A stretch of 64,000 nucleotides of DNA, taken from assembly GCA_041613315.1 (NCBI GenBank), contig JBFJHJ010000012.1:9731-73730 (forward strand). The letters are read 5' to 3'. The first letter of the stretch is position 1, and each line of letters begins with the position of its first letter. The notes beneath the pieces are model-generated. The model was not told where the DNA came from, did not search any database, and was given only the letters and a program-made list of their open reading frames with translations. Source of the stretch: Gemmatimonadales bacterium (GTDB lineage Bacteria; Gemmatimonadota; Gemmatimonadetes; Gemmatimonadales; GWC2-71-9). A program made the translations under genes and the position numbers. Positions 35,089 to 43,631 of the stretch are shown piece by piece.

Positions 35089-36171
35089 ATGCGTCTGGCG
35101 ATCCTGCTCACCCCGCTCCTCGCCGCGGCGTCCCTCGCGGCCTGCTCCGACTCGGGCGGTCCCGCAGATCTGCTCGTCGACTGCGATCTGTTCTCGCCGT
35201 TCGTGTTTGACGGCGGCGTGGGACGTGGCGGGATTCCGGCCCTGAGTGATCCCCACGTGGCCAGCGCCGCGGCCGCGACCTTTCTCACGCCGGAGGACCG
35301 GATCCTCGGGGTGGTCCGGAACGGCATGGCCCGTGCCTATCCCTTGATCGTGATGTGGTGGCATGAGGTGGTGAACGACACTCTGGGGGGCGAGCCGCTG
35401 CTGGTGTCCTACTGCCCGCTCACGGGGTCGGGCCTTGCGCACGATCCGTGGGTGAACGGCACCCTCCACACCTTCCTCGTGTCCGGGCTCATCTTCGAGA
35501 ACAACCTCATGATGGTGGACGCCGAGACCGAGAGCGTGTGGCCGCAGCTTCTGGCGTCGGCCCGGTGTGGCCCGCGCAAGGGCGCGGCGCTCCAGTCGGT
35601 GGCTATCGCGGAAACCACGTGGGAGCGCTGGCTCGAGCTGCATCCGGCCACGACGGTCGTGACCACACACACCGGCTTCAGCCGCGAGTACGGGCGCTAC
35701 CCCTACAACGACTACGCCGTGCCGGCGAACGATGAGCTGCTCTTTCCGTCATCCCCGTTCAACATCACCCGGAACCCGAAGGAGCCGGTCCTCGGCGTAT
35801 TCGAAGGCGACGCCGAGGTCGTGTATCCCTACTTCGCGATGCGCGATGTCACGTTGGCGGCAGGCGTGGACGCCCTGGCCCTCAACGATACGCTCGCCAG
35901 CCGGCCGATCGTGGTGCTGTGGGACACGCCCAGCCAGACTGCGATCGCGTACGATCGTCGCGCGAACGGTGAGACGCTGACGTTCCGCGCCAGTGCGGAA
36001 CACGCCGGGCAGTACGAAGACGAGGAGACGGGGTCACGGTGGTCCCAGTCCGGCGTGGCGCTCGCCGGGCCGCTCACGGGCGTGGCGCTTACGCCGATCG
36101 CACGCTCCTACACGGCGTTCTGGTTCGCGTGGTCCATCTTTCATCGCTTCGCCCGCCGCGGGATCGAGTGA
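35089..36171 (+). CDS. DUF3179-domain lipoprotein
   Basis: Lipobox LAAC; GIPAL, RAYPL..HEVVND, SYCPLTGSG, SGL..NNL.M.D.ET.S.WPQ, FWFAW. Confidence 0.88.
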   Translation: MRLAILLTPLLAAASLAACSDSGGPADLLVDCDLFSPFVFDGGVGRGGIPALSDPHVASAAAATFLTPEDRILGVVRNGMARAYPLIVMWWHEVVNDTLGGEPLLVSYCPLTGSGLAHDPWVNGTLHTFLVSGLIFENNLMMVDAETESVWPQLLASARCGPRKGAALQSVAIAETTWERWLELHPATTVVTTHTGFSREYGRYPYNDYAVPANDELLFPSSPFNITRNPKEPVLGVFEGDAEVVYPYFAMRDVTLAAGVDALALNDTLASRPIVVLWDTPSQTAIAYDRRANGETLTFRASAEHAGQYEDEETGSRWSQSGVALAGPLTGVALTPIARSYTAFWFAWSIFHRFARRGIE

Positions 36172-36251
36172 GTGACGTATACATAAGTTGTTGCTGTACA
36201 TGCTGTTACGCTCGATCGCAGCCTTCTGCCGCGCCCGATTATGAAGACCCC

Positions 36252-36280
36252 TTGACGTTACTCCTGACTGGAATCATTGT
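36252..36280 (+). promoter_or_regulatory. sigma70-like promoter of the SusC-3 operon
   Basis: TTGACG-17nt-CATTGT in AT-richer intergenic DNA. Confidence 0.5.
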
Positions 36281-36373
36281 TGAAGGATACCGGGTATCCT
36301 CGACTTCCCTCGCAGTCCCAGTCGCGGAAACCCTCTTTGTCTTAGCCCCACAACCCCTAGGCCGGGAGGTCTC

Positions 36374-39300
36374 ATGTCTCCTACTGGTTGGTTTAGAGGG
36401 GCTCTTGTGGCGGTCGTCGCCGTCATGCTGTCCGTCGGGATGGCGGCATCGGCGTTCGCCCAAGGGATCGGCACCGTGCGGGGCCGCGTGGCCGACGAGG
36501 TCAGCCGGCGGCCGCTCAACGCGGTGCAGGTGTACGTGCCGGGCACCGACCTGGGCACGCTCACCGACGAGGATGGGCAGTTCCAGCTCAATCTGGCGGC
36601 CGGCAACTATACGATCCGCGTGCGCCGGGTGGGCTACAGCACGACGAGCCAGTCGGTCACGATTGGCGCCGGCCAGGTGGCCGAGCTCAACTTCGCGATG
36701 GCGCAGAACGTGATCGTCCTCGACGAGGTCGTGGTGACCGGCGCCGGAGCCGCGACCGAGAAGAAGCGGCTCGGCAACACCATCGCCTCGATCAAGACGA
36801 GCGAGCTCGAGAACGCGCCGACGCTCAACTTCTCCGAGCTGATCTCGGCGCGTGAGCCCGGCGTCGTGGTCAGCCCGTCGGGCGGGCTCGCGGGCGAGGG
36901 CGCGCGGATCCGCATCCGCGGGGTCGCGAGCCTGTCGCAGAACAACGAGCCCATCGTCTACGTGGACGGCATCCGCGTGGACCGGGGCGGCGGCTTCGGC
37001 AGCCCGTTGATGTTCGTGGGCGGCGGCGGCGCGCCGTCGCGGCTGGACGACATCAACCCCGAATCGATCGACCGCGTGGAGGTGCTGAAAGGCGCCGCGG
37101 CGGCCACGCTGTACGGCACCGAGGCTTCCAACGGCGTCATCCAGATCTTCACGAAGAAAGGCGCGCGCGGCGCCCCGCAATTCGACTTCACGGTCGAGCA
37201 GGGGCTCGCTTCGGTGAACCAGGGCCGCTACAAGACGAACACCGGCTTCGCGCGTGACGACGCCACACAGACCACGGCCAACTTCCTGACGGCGAGCGAG
37301 CTGAGCCAGTTCTGGGGATTTCAGATCCAGCCGTTCCAGATCTTTGAGGTCGACTATTTCGATCCGGTGCTCGAGACCGGCTGGGTGCAGTCGTATTCGA
37401 GCTCCGTGAGCGGCGGCACGAGCGGGCTCACCTACTTCGTCTCGGGCCGGTTCGCCCGCGAGAACGGACCGATCACCGGGAAAGAGGTCGGCGGAATCGC
37501 GGACGACATCAACAAGAAGGTGCAAGGCACGGCCAATCTCGAGGTGGTGCCGTCGGACAAGTTGAAGATCCGCTTCACCACCCAGTTCTCCGACTTGCAG
37601 CACCAGACGCCGGAGAACAACAACAACATCTACGGGTTCATGCCGTCCGTGATGGACGCCAAGCCGGAGCGGGCCACCTGCAAGACGTCTTTTGGTCAGG
37701 GTACGCCCAATGGTGACGGCACGTGCAGTCCCGTGGGGAATCCGGAGGGTGCGACCTTCGCCACGACCAGGGAGACGGCGCAGGTCCTCGTGAGCCAGAG
37801 CGCCCGGCATTACCTGGCGAGCTTGCAGACCCAGTACAGCCCCGTGTCGGAGCTGATCCTCGACGCCACTATCGGCGTTGACGTGACCAGCGTGAAGGAC
37901 GCCGAGTTCTTCCCGTTCGCCTGGAACGTGGACCTGTTGTCGGGCGCGCGTGTGGCCGGCCGGCGTGACATCGCCGACCGCCGCCGCCGTGAGATCACGC
38001 TGGAGACGAAGCTCCAGTGGGACCGCCGCTTCGGCGACAAGATCTCCTCTACGTTCGTCGCTGGCGGCCAGGGCTTCATTTCCAAGAACGAGACGGACTA
38101 CGGCCGCGGCGAGAGCTTCCCCGGGCCCGGTCTCGAGGTCGTGGGAGCGGGCGCGCAGCAAATCGCCGGCGAGAACATCCTCGAGGTCGTGAACGCCGGC
38201 GCGTTCGCGCAGGAACAGATCGGCTACAACAACGTGGTCTTCCTGACCGTGGGCGGGCGGTACGACCGCAACAGTGCCTTCGGTGAGTCCACCTCCGGCA
38301 CGTTCTACCCGAAGGTCAGCGTTTCCATTGTGCCCAGCGACCTGTCCACCTGGAACTCGCGCACGTTCTCGACGATGCGGGTGCGTGGCGCCTTGGGGCA
38401 GTCGGGCTTGCAGCCGGGCGCGTTTGACAAGTTCACGACGTTTTCCGCGGCCGCGTCGTCCCTCGGACCGGGGCTCGTAGCGGACAACCTGGGGAACCAG
38501 GACCTGAAGCCCGAGAAGTCGACGGAGTGGGAAGTGGGTGCCGAATTCGGGCTGTTCGATGACCGGCTCGGGATCGACTTCACCTACTGGGACCGTGCGA
38601 CGCGCGACGCGCTGTACGCGCGCCAGTTCGCGACGTCGGGCGGGTTCGTGAACCCGCAGGTGGTGAACATCGGGCGCCTCGACGCCAACGGGCTCGAGGT
38701 CGCGGCGAACGCGCTGGTCTATAACCAGCCGAACGTAACGATCCGGATGTTCGCCAACGCGTCGTACCTCAAGGAGACCGTGACGGATCTGGGTGGCGCC
38801 CCACCGATCAAGGTGGGCGGCTCCTACATCCGGTACCGGAACTGGATCCGTGAGGGCTACGCCCCCGGCGCGTTCTTCGGCGCGAAGCTGGCGCCGTTCG
38901 CCCAGGGCTTCACGCCGTTCGACGTCACCGGCCCCGGCGGCATACCCGACGGCCAGCCGGACAGCGAGGCGGAGCTGCTCGCGTTCTTCGCGGTGCCGCG
39001 CTCCCTCGATGCGATCAGCGGTTCGTCGGCTATCCTGCTGGAGGACGGGCTGGAGAGCCATCTCGGGAAGCCCACGCCGGACTGGCAGGGCTCGTTCGGG
39101 ACGAACATCTCGCTCATGGGCAACCTCGAGATCGCGTCCACGTTCGAGTACAAGGCCGGCGACTTCTGGGTACACAACTTGACGGACGCGTTCCGCAGCA
39201 CCCACCCGAACATCGGGCGGAACTTCCGGAAGGCCACGGAGGTCGAGTTGGCCCTCGTGAACCCGGCGTCCACGCCGGAACAGCGGCTGGCGGCGGCGAT

Positions 39301-39649
39301 GACGTTCGCGACGGAGCTCAAGCATCTCTCGCCGCGGAGCGGGCTCAACGCCATCGAGAAGGGGGACTACCTCAGGTGGCGCGAGCTGAGCCTGACGTAC
39401 CGGCTCCCGCGGGCGTGGGTCCAGCGGAAGCTCGGTGTGCGCTATGTGACGCTGAACGCGGCCGTCCGTAACCTCGCGTTGTGGACGGGCTACAGCGGGA
39501 TCGACCCCGAGACCAACCTGATCAGTCGCGGCGGCGACCCGGGCAGCGCGGGTGAGACCACGCTGGACCAGAACTTCGCCGACGGCATCGACGCGTGGGG
39601 CGTGCCGCTCCCGCGCCGGTTCACGTTCAGCCTACGCTTCGGCTTCTAG
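36374..39649 (+). CDS. SusC/RagA-family TonB-dependent transporter (copy 3)
   Basis: GGAGG RBS; LDEVVVTG; PIVYVDG..DINPESIDRVEVLKGAAAATLYGTEASNGVIQIFTK; terminal FSLRFGF. Confidence 0.95.
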   Translation: MSPTGWFRGALVAVVAVMLSVGMAASAFAQGIGTVRGRVADEVSRRPLNAVQVYVPGTDLGTLTDEDGQFQLNLAAGNYTIRVRRVGYSTTSQSVTIGAGQVAELNFAMAQNVIVLDEVVVTGAGAATEKKRLGNTIASIKTSELENAPTLNFSELISAREPGVVVSPSGGLAGEGARIRIRGVASLSQNNEPIVYVDGIRVDRGGGFGSPLMFVGGGGAPSRLDDINPESIDRVEVLKGAAAATLYGTEASNGVIQIFTKKGARGAPQFDFTVEQGLASVNQGRYKTNTGFARDDATQTTANFLTASELSQFWGFQIQPFQIFEVDYFDPVLETGWVQSYSSSVSGGTSGLTYFVSGRFARENGPITGKEVGGIADDINKKVQGTANLEVVPSDKLKIRFTTQFSDLQHQTPENNNNIYGFMPSVMDAKPERATCKTSFGQGTPNGDGTCSPVGNPEGATFATTRETAQVLVSQSARHYLASLQTQYSPVSELILDATIGVDVTSVKDAEFFPFAWNVDLLSGARVAGRRDIADRRRREITLETKLQWDRRFGDKISSTFVAGGQGFISKNETDYGRGESFPGPGLEVVGAGAQQIAGENILEVVNAGAFAQEQIGYNNVVFLTVGGRYDRNSAFGESTSGTFYPKVSVSIVPSDLSTWNSRTFSTMRVRGALGQSGLQPGAFDKFTTFSAAASSLGPGLVADNLGNQDLKPEKSTEWEVGAEFGLFDDRLGIDFTYWDRATRDALYARQFATSGGFVNPQVVNIGRLDANGLEVAANALVYNQPNVTIRMFANASYLKETVTDLGGAPPIKVGGSYIRYRNWIREGYAPGAFFGAKLAPFAQGFTPFDVTGPGGIPDGQPDSEAELLAFFAVPRSLDAISGSSAILLEDGLESHLGKPTPDWQGSFGTNISLMGNLEIASTFEYKAGDFWVHNLTDAFRSTHPNIGRNFRKATEVELALVNPASTPEQRLAAAMTFATELKHLSPRSGLNAIEKGDYLRWRELSLTYRLPRAWVQRKLGVRYVTLNAAVRNLALWTGYSGIDPETNLISRGGDPGSAGETTLDQNFADGIDAWGVPLPRRFTFSLRFGF

Positions 39650-39685
39650 AGAAGCCGGGCCATCGAGATAAGGAGATTGATCGAC

Positions 39686-41074
39686 ATGAGGACACAATCG
39701 ACTTCGCTCAGTGGCGCCGGCTGGCGGGCCCGGGTCGCTCCCGTGCTCGCCCTCTGGTTCGCCGCGAGCTTCGCGGGTTGCGACGCGCTGATTGACGTGT
39801 CGAACCCGAACAACGTGAAGGACGAAGACCTGAGTAACCCCACCGCCGCCCCGGCGCTGGTGAGCGGTGTGCTCAACGAGGTCACGGACGCGTGGGCCAC
39901 CTCGCTCACGCCGTACGCGACGGCGACCGACGAGCTGCACTGGATTGGCTCCCGGGACGACTGGAAGAACCTGAACAACGGCACCCTGTCCGTCACCACC
40001 AATGAGTTCACCGACGCCGCGTTCCCGGATGTCGCGGAGGCCCGCTGGCTGGCGGACAACGCGATCAAGCTGATCAAGGGCTTCGACGACGCTGGCACCC
40101 TCAGCAGCCGGCTCAATCTGGCCCGCGCGTACCTGTATGGCGCGATCATCTACATGCTGATCGGCGACCAGTGGGAGGACTTCGTCGTCTCGTCTGACCG
40201 GGAGACACCGGGACCGCCGGTGGGCCCCGCCAACATGGCATCCATGTACGATAAGGCGATCCAGTACTTGACCGACGGGATCGCGATTGCGCAGGCCGTC
40301 GGCGGCACCACCGGCACCGGCCTGGTCACCGACATGCGGGCGCTACGGGCCAGCGCCACGCACCGCAAAGCCATCTGGCAGAGCATCCGCCCGACCTTCC
40401 CGGCGGCGCTGCCGGTGTACGCGGGCGTGGACGCCCAGGCCGTGGCCGACGCCCAGGCTTTGATCGCCGCCCGCGGCGGCACGGATTGGGCGTTCAAGTT
40501 CACCTACGCGGTCGCCACGACCACGAGCTCGATCGGCGGCTGGGTCAACGAGCGCCTGGAGCACCGCATTGACACGTCGTATGCGGTGGCGGACGCGTCG
40601 AACAAGACCATTACCGGCGTCGCCCTGCGCGATCCGATTGACAACGTAGCCGACGGCGGCGTCGCCAGGATCATCGCCGACTTCTGCAACATCAGTGGCA
40701 CCAAGTGCCTCAACACGAATGTCGGCCCGCTCTGGGTCACGTCGGAGCGCGAGATGTACCTGATCCTGGCCGAGCACGCGTGGGTGAACAGCGATCCCGT
40801 GACGGCGGAGACCAATATCAACGCGTTGCGGGCGCTGGACGGGCGGACGGCGTACAACCGCCTGAACCCCGCGCACCCCACGGTGGGAGCGATGATCCAG
40901 TACCACCGCAAGGCGAACACGTTCTACCAGGGCCGGCGGCTGTCGGACATGTACCGGTTCGGGATTCGGGACCCGCGGTGGACGCCGGAGGCGGAGACCA
41001 TCAACCGTCCGGGCACCTTCCTGCCCATCACGACGATCGAGTGCCGCTCGAATCCGAACCTCAATTGCACCTGA
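39686..41074 (+). CDS. SusD/RagB-like lipoprotein (copy 3)
   Basis: AGGAG RBS; lipobox FAGC-D; EMYLILAE..INALR..FYQGRRLSDMYRF..LPI..E..NPN. Confidence 0.9.
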   Translation: MRTQSTSLSGAGWRARVAPVLALWFAASFAGCDALIDVSNPNNVKDEDLSNPTAAPALVSGVLNEVTDAWATSLTPYATATDELHWIGSRDDWKNLNNGTLSVTTNEFTDAAFPDVAEARWLADNAIKLIKGFDDAGTLSSRLNLARAYLYGAIIYMLIGDQWEDFVVSSDRETPGPPVGPANMASMYDKAIQYLTDGIAIAQAVGGTTGTGLVTDMRALRASATHRKAIWQSIRPTFPAALPVYAGVDAQAVADAQALIAARGGTDWAFKFTYAVATTTSSIGGWVNERLEHRIDTSYAVADASNKTITGVALRDPIDNVADGGVARIIADFCNISGTKCLNTNVGPLWVTSEREMYLILAEHAWVNSDPVTAETNINALRALDGRTAYNRLNPAHPTVGAMIQYHRKANTFYQGRRLSDMYRFGIRDPRWTPEAETINRPGTFLPITTIECRSNPNLNCT

Positions 41075-41116
41075 GGTCTCGAAGGACGGCGCGCCTCGCG
41101 GCGTGACGGAAACACG

Positions 41117-41144
41117 GAGAGGCGGCCAGCACTGGCCGCCTCTC
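41117..41144. terminator. Inverted repeat, probable bidirectional terminator
   Basis: GAGAGGCGGCCAG-ca-CTGGCCGCCTCTC between convergent genes. Confidence 0.8.
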
Positions 41145-41185
41145 TCGTTTCAGGTCGCGGCGTCGCGCCGCGCCTCGGCCCGCCC

Positions 41186-41626
41186 CTAGCCTCCTTTGGT
41201 GTCGATGAAGATCACGCCCTGCGTCGCGTTCGTGCCGTAGAACGTGGTCCCGTCGATCCCGCTCACGACCCTGATACGGACGATGTGCTGGGCGGGGATC
41301 GTCGAGAGGAATGACAGGTCGGTGATCCTGATCCCATCCAACACGACGATCGGCTGGGTGGCGGTGATCATGCTGCCCTTGCCTCGCCGCGAGATCCGCC
41401 CCGGGGTCCCGGAACGCGTCTCCGTCAGCGAGATGAACGGCACCACGCGCCGCAGCGCCTCCCATGCGGTGGTCGCCCGGGACCGCGCGATCTCGTCGGC
41501 CGTGATGACCTGGCTGGAGAGCGCCGTCTGTTGCTGCGCCGCCACAGGGGTCGAGGCGGCGCCGGCGACGACGAGCGGTGCGAGGAGCAGGACCCAGCGA
41601 GCGGCGGTCCGGCTGGCCTGCAGCAT
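41186..41626 (-). CDS. Stand-alone TonB-dependent receptor plug-domain protein
   Basis: GGGGAGG RBS; signal peptide; VITADEI..TAWEALRR..PIVVLDG..IPAQHIVRIRVV..FYGTNATQGVIFIDTK then stop. Confidence 0.85.
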   Translation of the reverse strand: MLQASRTAARWVLLLAPLVVAGAASTPVAAQQQTALSSQVITADEIARSRATTAWEALRRVVPFISLTETRSGTPGRISRRGKGSMITATQPIVVLDGIRITDLSFLSTIPAQHIVRIRVVSGIDGTTFYGTNATQGVIFIDTKGG

Positions 41627-41705
41627 GTGCGCCTCCCCGAGGTCGGGAGGGCGTGAGCGGTCGGGCTCGCGCCTCTCTTCAATCCACGCCGCGGGCCGAC
41701 GATTG

Positions 41706-43631
41706 TCAAGGCTCGCCGGCGTCGCGCGCACCACCGGCCCTCTGCACGATGCGCTGACGCTGCCCCGCCGTCAGCATGTCGCGCGCGACGATGTCCCGAA
41801 CGATCTTGGCGACGAACCCATACCCCCGAGGCTCCGCCACGAGCCAGCGTTGCCACTCGAGCTCGTCCAGCGCGGCGTGGAGCGCCGTGCCCGTGAGCTC
41901 CGCTCCCCGGCCGAGGCGCTCCTCGGGCACCCGGTCCCCCAGCACCGCGGCCGCCACGAGCACGTGCTGGGCGCCTTTGCTGAGTCGCCCGAAGCCCACG
42001 CGGATCGCCGCCACCGCGGCGTCGGGGAGCTCCCCCGGCAAGGTCTGATCGAGCGTCTTCAGGGGCTGGGGCCACGCGCCGGTGATCGCTCCGAGATCCA
42101 TGCCCAACGCGACGGCGTGCAGCAACTCCACCACGAGCAAGGGTAGTCCGGCGGCATCGGCGGCCACGCGACGCGCCAGCCGGTTCAGGTCGTCCTCCCC
42201 GTAGTTCGGCGCGGCCCACGCCGCGAGCCGCCGGACGGCCGCCGCGTCGAGCGGCGCGAGGGCGAGCCCGACGCCCGGCACGTCGCGGCCGATCCGGGCG
42301 CGGAGTTCGTCCAGGTCGGACCGCGGCGGCTGGCGCGGGACGGCGAGCGCCAAGAGGAACGGAGCGGCCCGCACGTCCCGCAGCGCCGCCGTCAGCGCGC
42401 CCGCCGACTCCGGATCCAGCCACTGCGCGTCGTCCACGAACGCGACGACCGGCTGCTCGAGCGTCGCCGCCCGAAGGACGTCGCTCAGGGCCGCCCCGGG
42501 GGGAAGGGGCGAACGGTGCGGGACGGTGCGGCCGAATCGATCGGCCCACTCGGGGATCTCCTCGGCGAACGTGCGGAGCGCTTGGGGCGCGGCCGCGGCG
42601 AGGCCGGCGGCGTCGAGCAAGCCGCCCCGGCCGAGCCCGAAGAGGCCGCTCCAGGTGGTCGCATGATCGGCCTCCACCGCGCGCACCGCCGTCACCGCAG
42701 CGCCGCCCAGGCGCGCACGCGCCAAGAGCTCCTCCATCAGCCGGGTCTTGCCGAGCCCGGGATCTCCCTCGACGACGACAGCGGCGGCCTGTCGCTCGCG
42801 GACACAGGCATGCCAGACCGTCAGCAGACGCTCCAACTCCCGCTCCCGTCCCACCAGAGGCGCCCGGCGTGTAACGGCCCCGCCCGCCGACCCCGCCAGC
42901 AGCTCAGGTGCGAAGCGCCAGGTACGCTCGCCCCGGATCCGATCGGCGAGCTCGAGGGTTTCGGCAGCCGGCTCGCCCCCCGCCACGCCCAGCGCCCCCC
43001 TGAACCGCGCGAAGTGAGCCAGGGCGGCCGACCGGTCGCCGTCCAGCGCGAGCGCCGTCATCGTGACGCGGACCGCGCGGTCCGCGAGCGGCGCGAGCGC
43101 CAGCGCCCGGGCTCCCGCCGCTCGCGCGTCCCGCAACTGTCCGCGGGCCGTCAGTTGCTGTGCCCACGCCACGAGTGCGGCGGCGGCGCGGTCCCGCCAT
43201 TGCGTCCGCTCGGCCGCGACCCAGTCCTCGAACGCCGAGGCGTCCGGCACGCCGAACCCCTCGAGGAAATCGCCGGCCACGAGTCGCCCCGCCGCTTCCC
43301 AATCCATTTCGCGCTCGGCCCGCTCAAACGTGTCCGTGTCCAGCCGCACGGCGTCTTGGGCCAGACGCACCTGGTCGTGCGCGGCCGTCAGCCCCTCCTC
43401 GCCGATCGTCCGGCGCACCACCCGCAGCGCTTCCCGCAGGGAGTGCCGGGCGGAGGCCTCTGACTTGTCTCCCCAAAGGAGCGCCGTCAGGTGATTGCGG
43501 GTGCGCGCCCGCTTGGGCGAGCGGGCGAGGTAGATGAGGAGCGCGAGATGCTTCCGCCACATCAGCTCGGAGGGCGGGGCGGCGCCATCAACCCACACCC
43601 CGACGGGACCGAGCACCCGGCACTCGATCAC
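41706..43631 (-). CDS. SARP/BTAD transcriptional regulator fused to an AAA (STAND-like) ATPase
   Basis: CRVLGP..LLIYLA..LLWG..ARHSLREAL, GDFLEGF..FEDWV, PLVGRERE, Walker A GDPGLGKT, Walker B FVDDAQW; GTG start overlaps the kinase stop. Confidence 0.88.
   Translation of the reverse strand: MIECRVLGPVGVWVDGAAPPSELMWRKHLALLIYLARSPKRARTRNHLTALLWGDKSEASARHSLREALRVVRRTIGEEGLTAAHDQVRLAQDAVRLDTDTFERAEREMDWEAAGRLVAGDFLEGFGVPDASAFEDWVAAERTQWRDRAAAALVAWAQQLTARGQLRDARAAGARALALAPLADRAVRVTMTALALDGDRSAALAHFARFRGALGVAGGEPAAETLELADRIRGERTWRFAPELLAGSAGGAVTRRAPLVGRERELERLLTVWHACVRERQAAAVVVEGDPGLGKTRLMEELLARARLGGAAVTAVRAVEADHATTWSGLFGLGRGGLLDAAGLAAAAPQALRTFAEEIPEWADRFGRTVPHRSPLPPGAALSDVLRAATLEQPVVAFVDDAQWLDPESAGALTAALRDVRAAPFLLALAVPRQPPRSDLDELRARIGRDVPGVGLALAPLDAAAVRRLAAWAAPNYGEDDLNRLARRVAADAAGLPLLVVELLHAVALGMDLGAITGAWPQPLKTLDQTLPGELPDAAVAAIRVGFGRLSKGAQHVLVAAAVLGDRVPEERLGRGAELTGTALHAALDELEWQRWLVAEPRGYGFVAKIVRDIVARDMLTAGQRQRIVQRAGGARDAGEP

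Noticed and set aside
36239..39325. Very long antisense/alternate-frame ORFs (this 1028-aa ORF, 56306-58843, 23510-25417, 9910-11556 and many others)
   Set aside because: They shadow well-supported genes, are Arg/Gly/Pro-rich and lack motifs; expected from stop-codon scarcity in high-GC DNA
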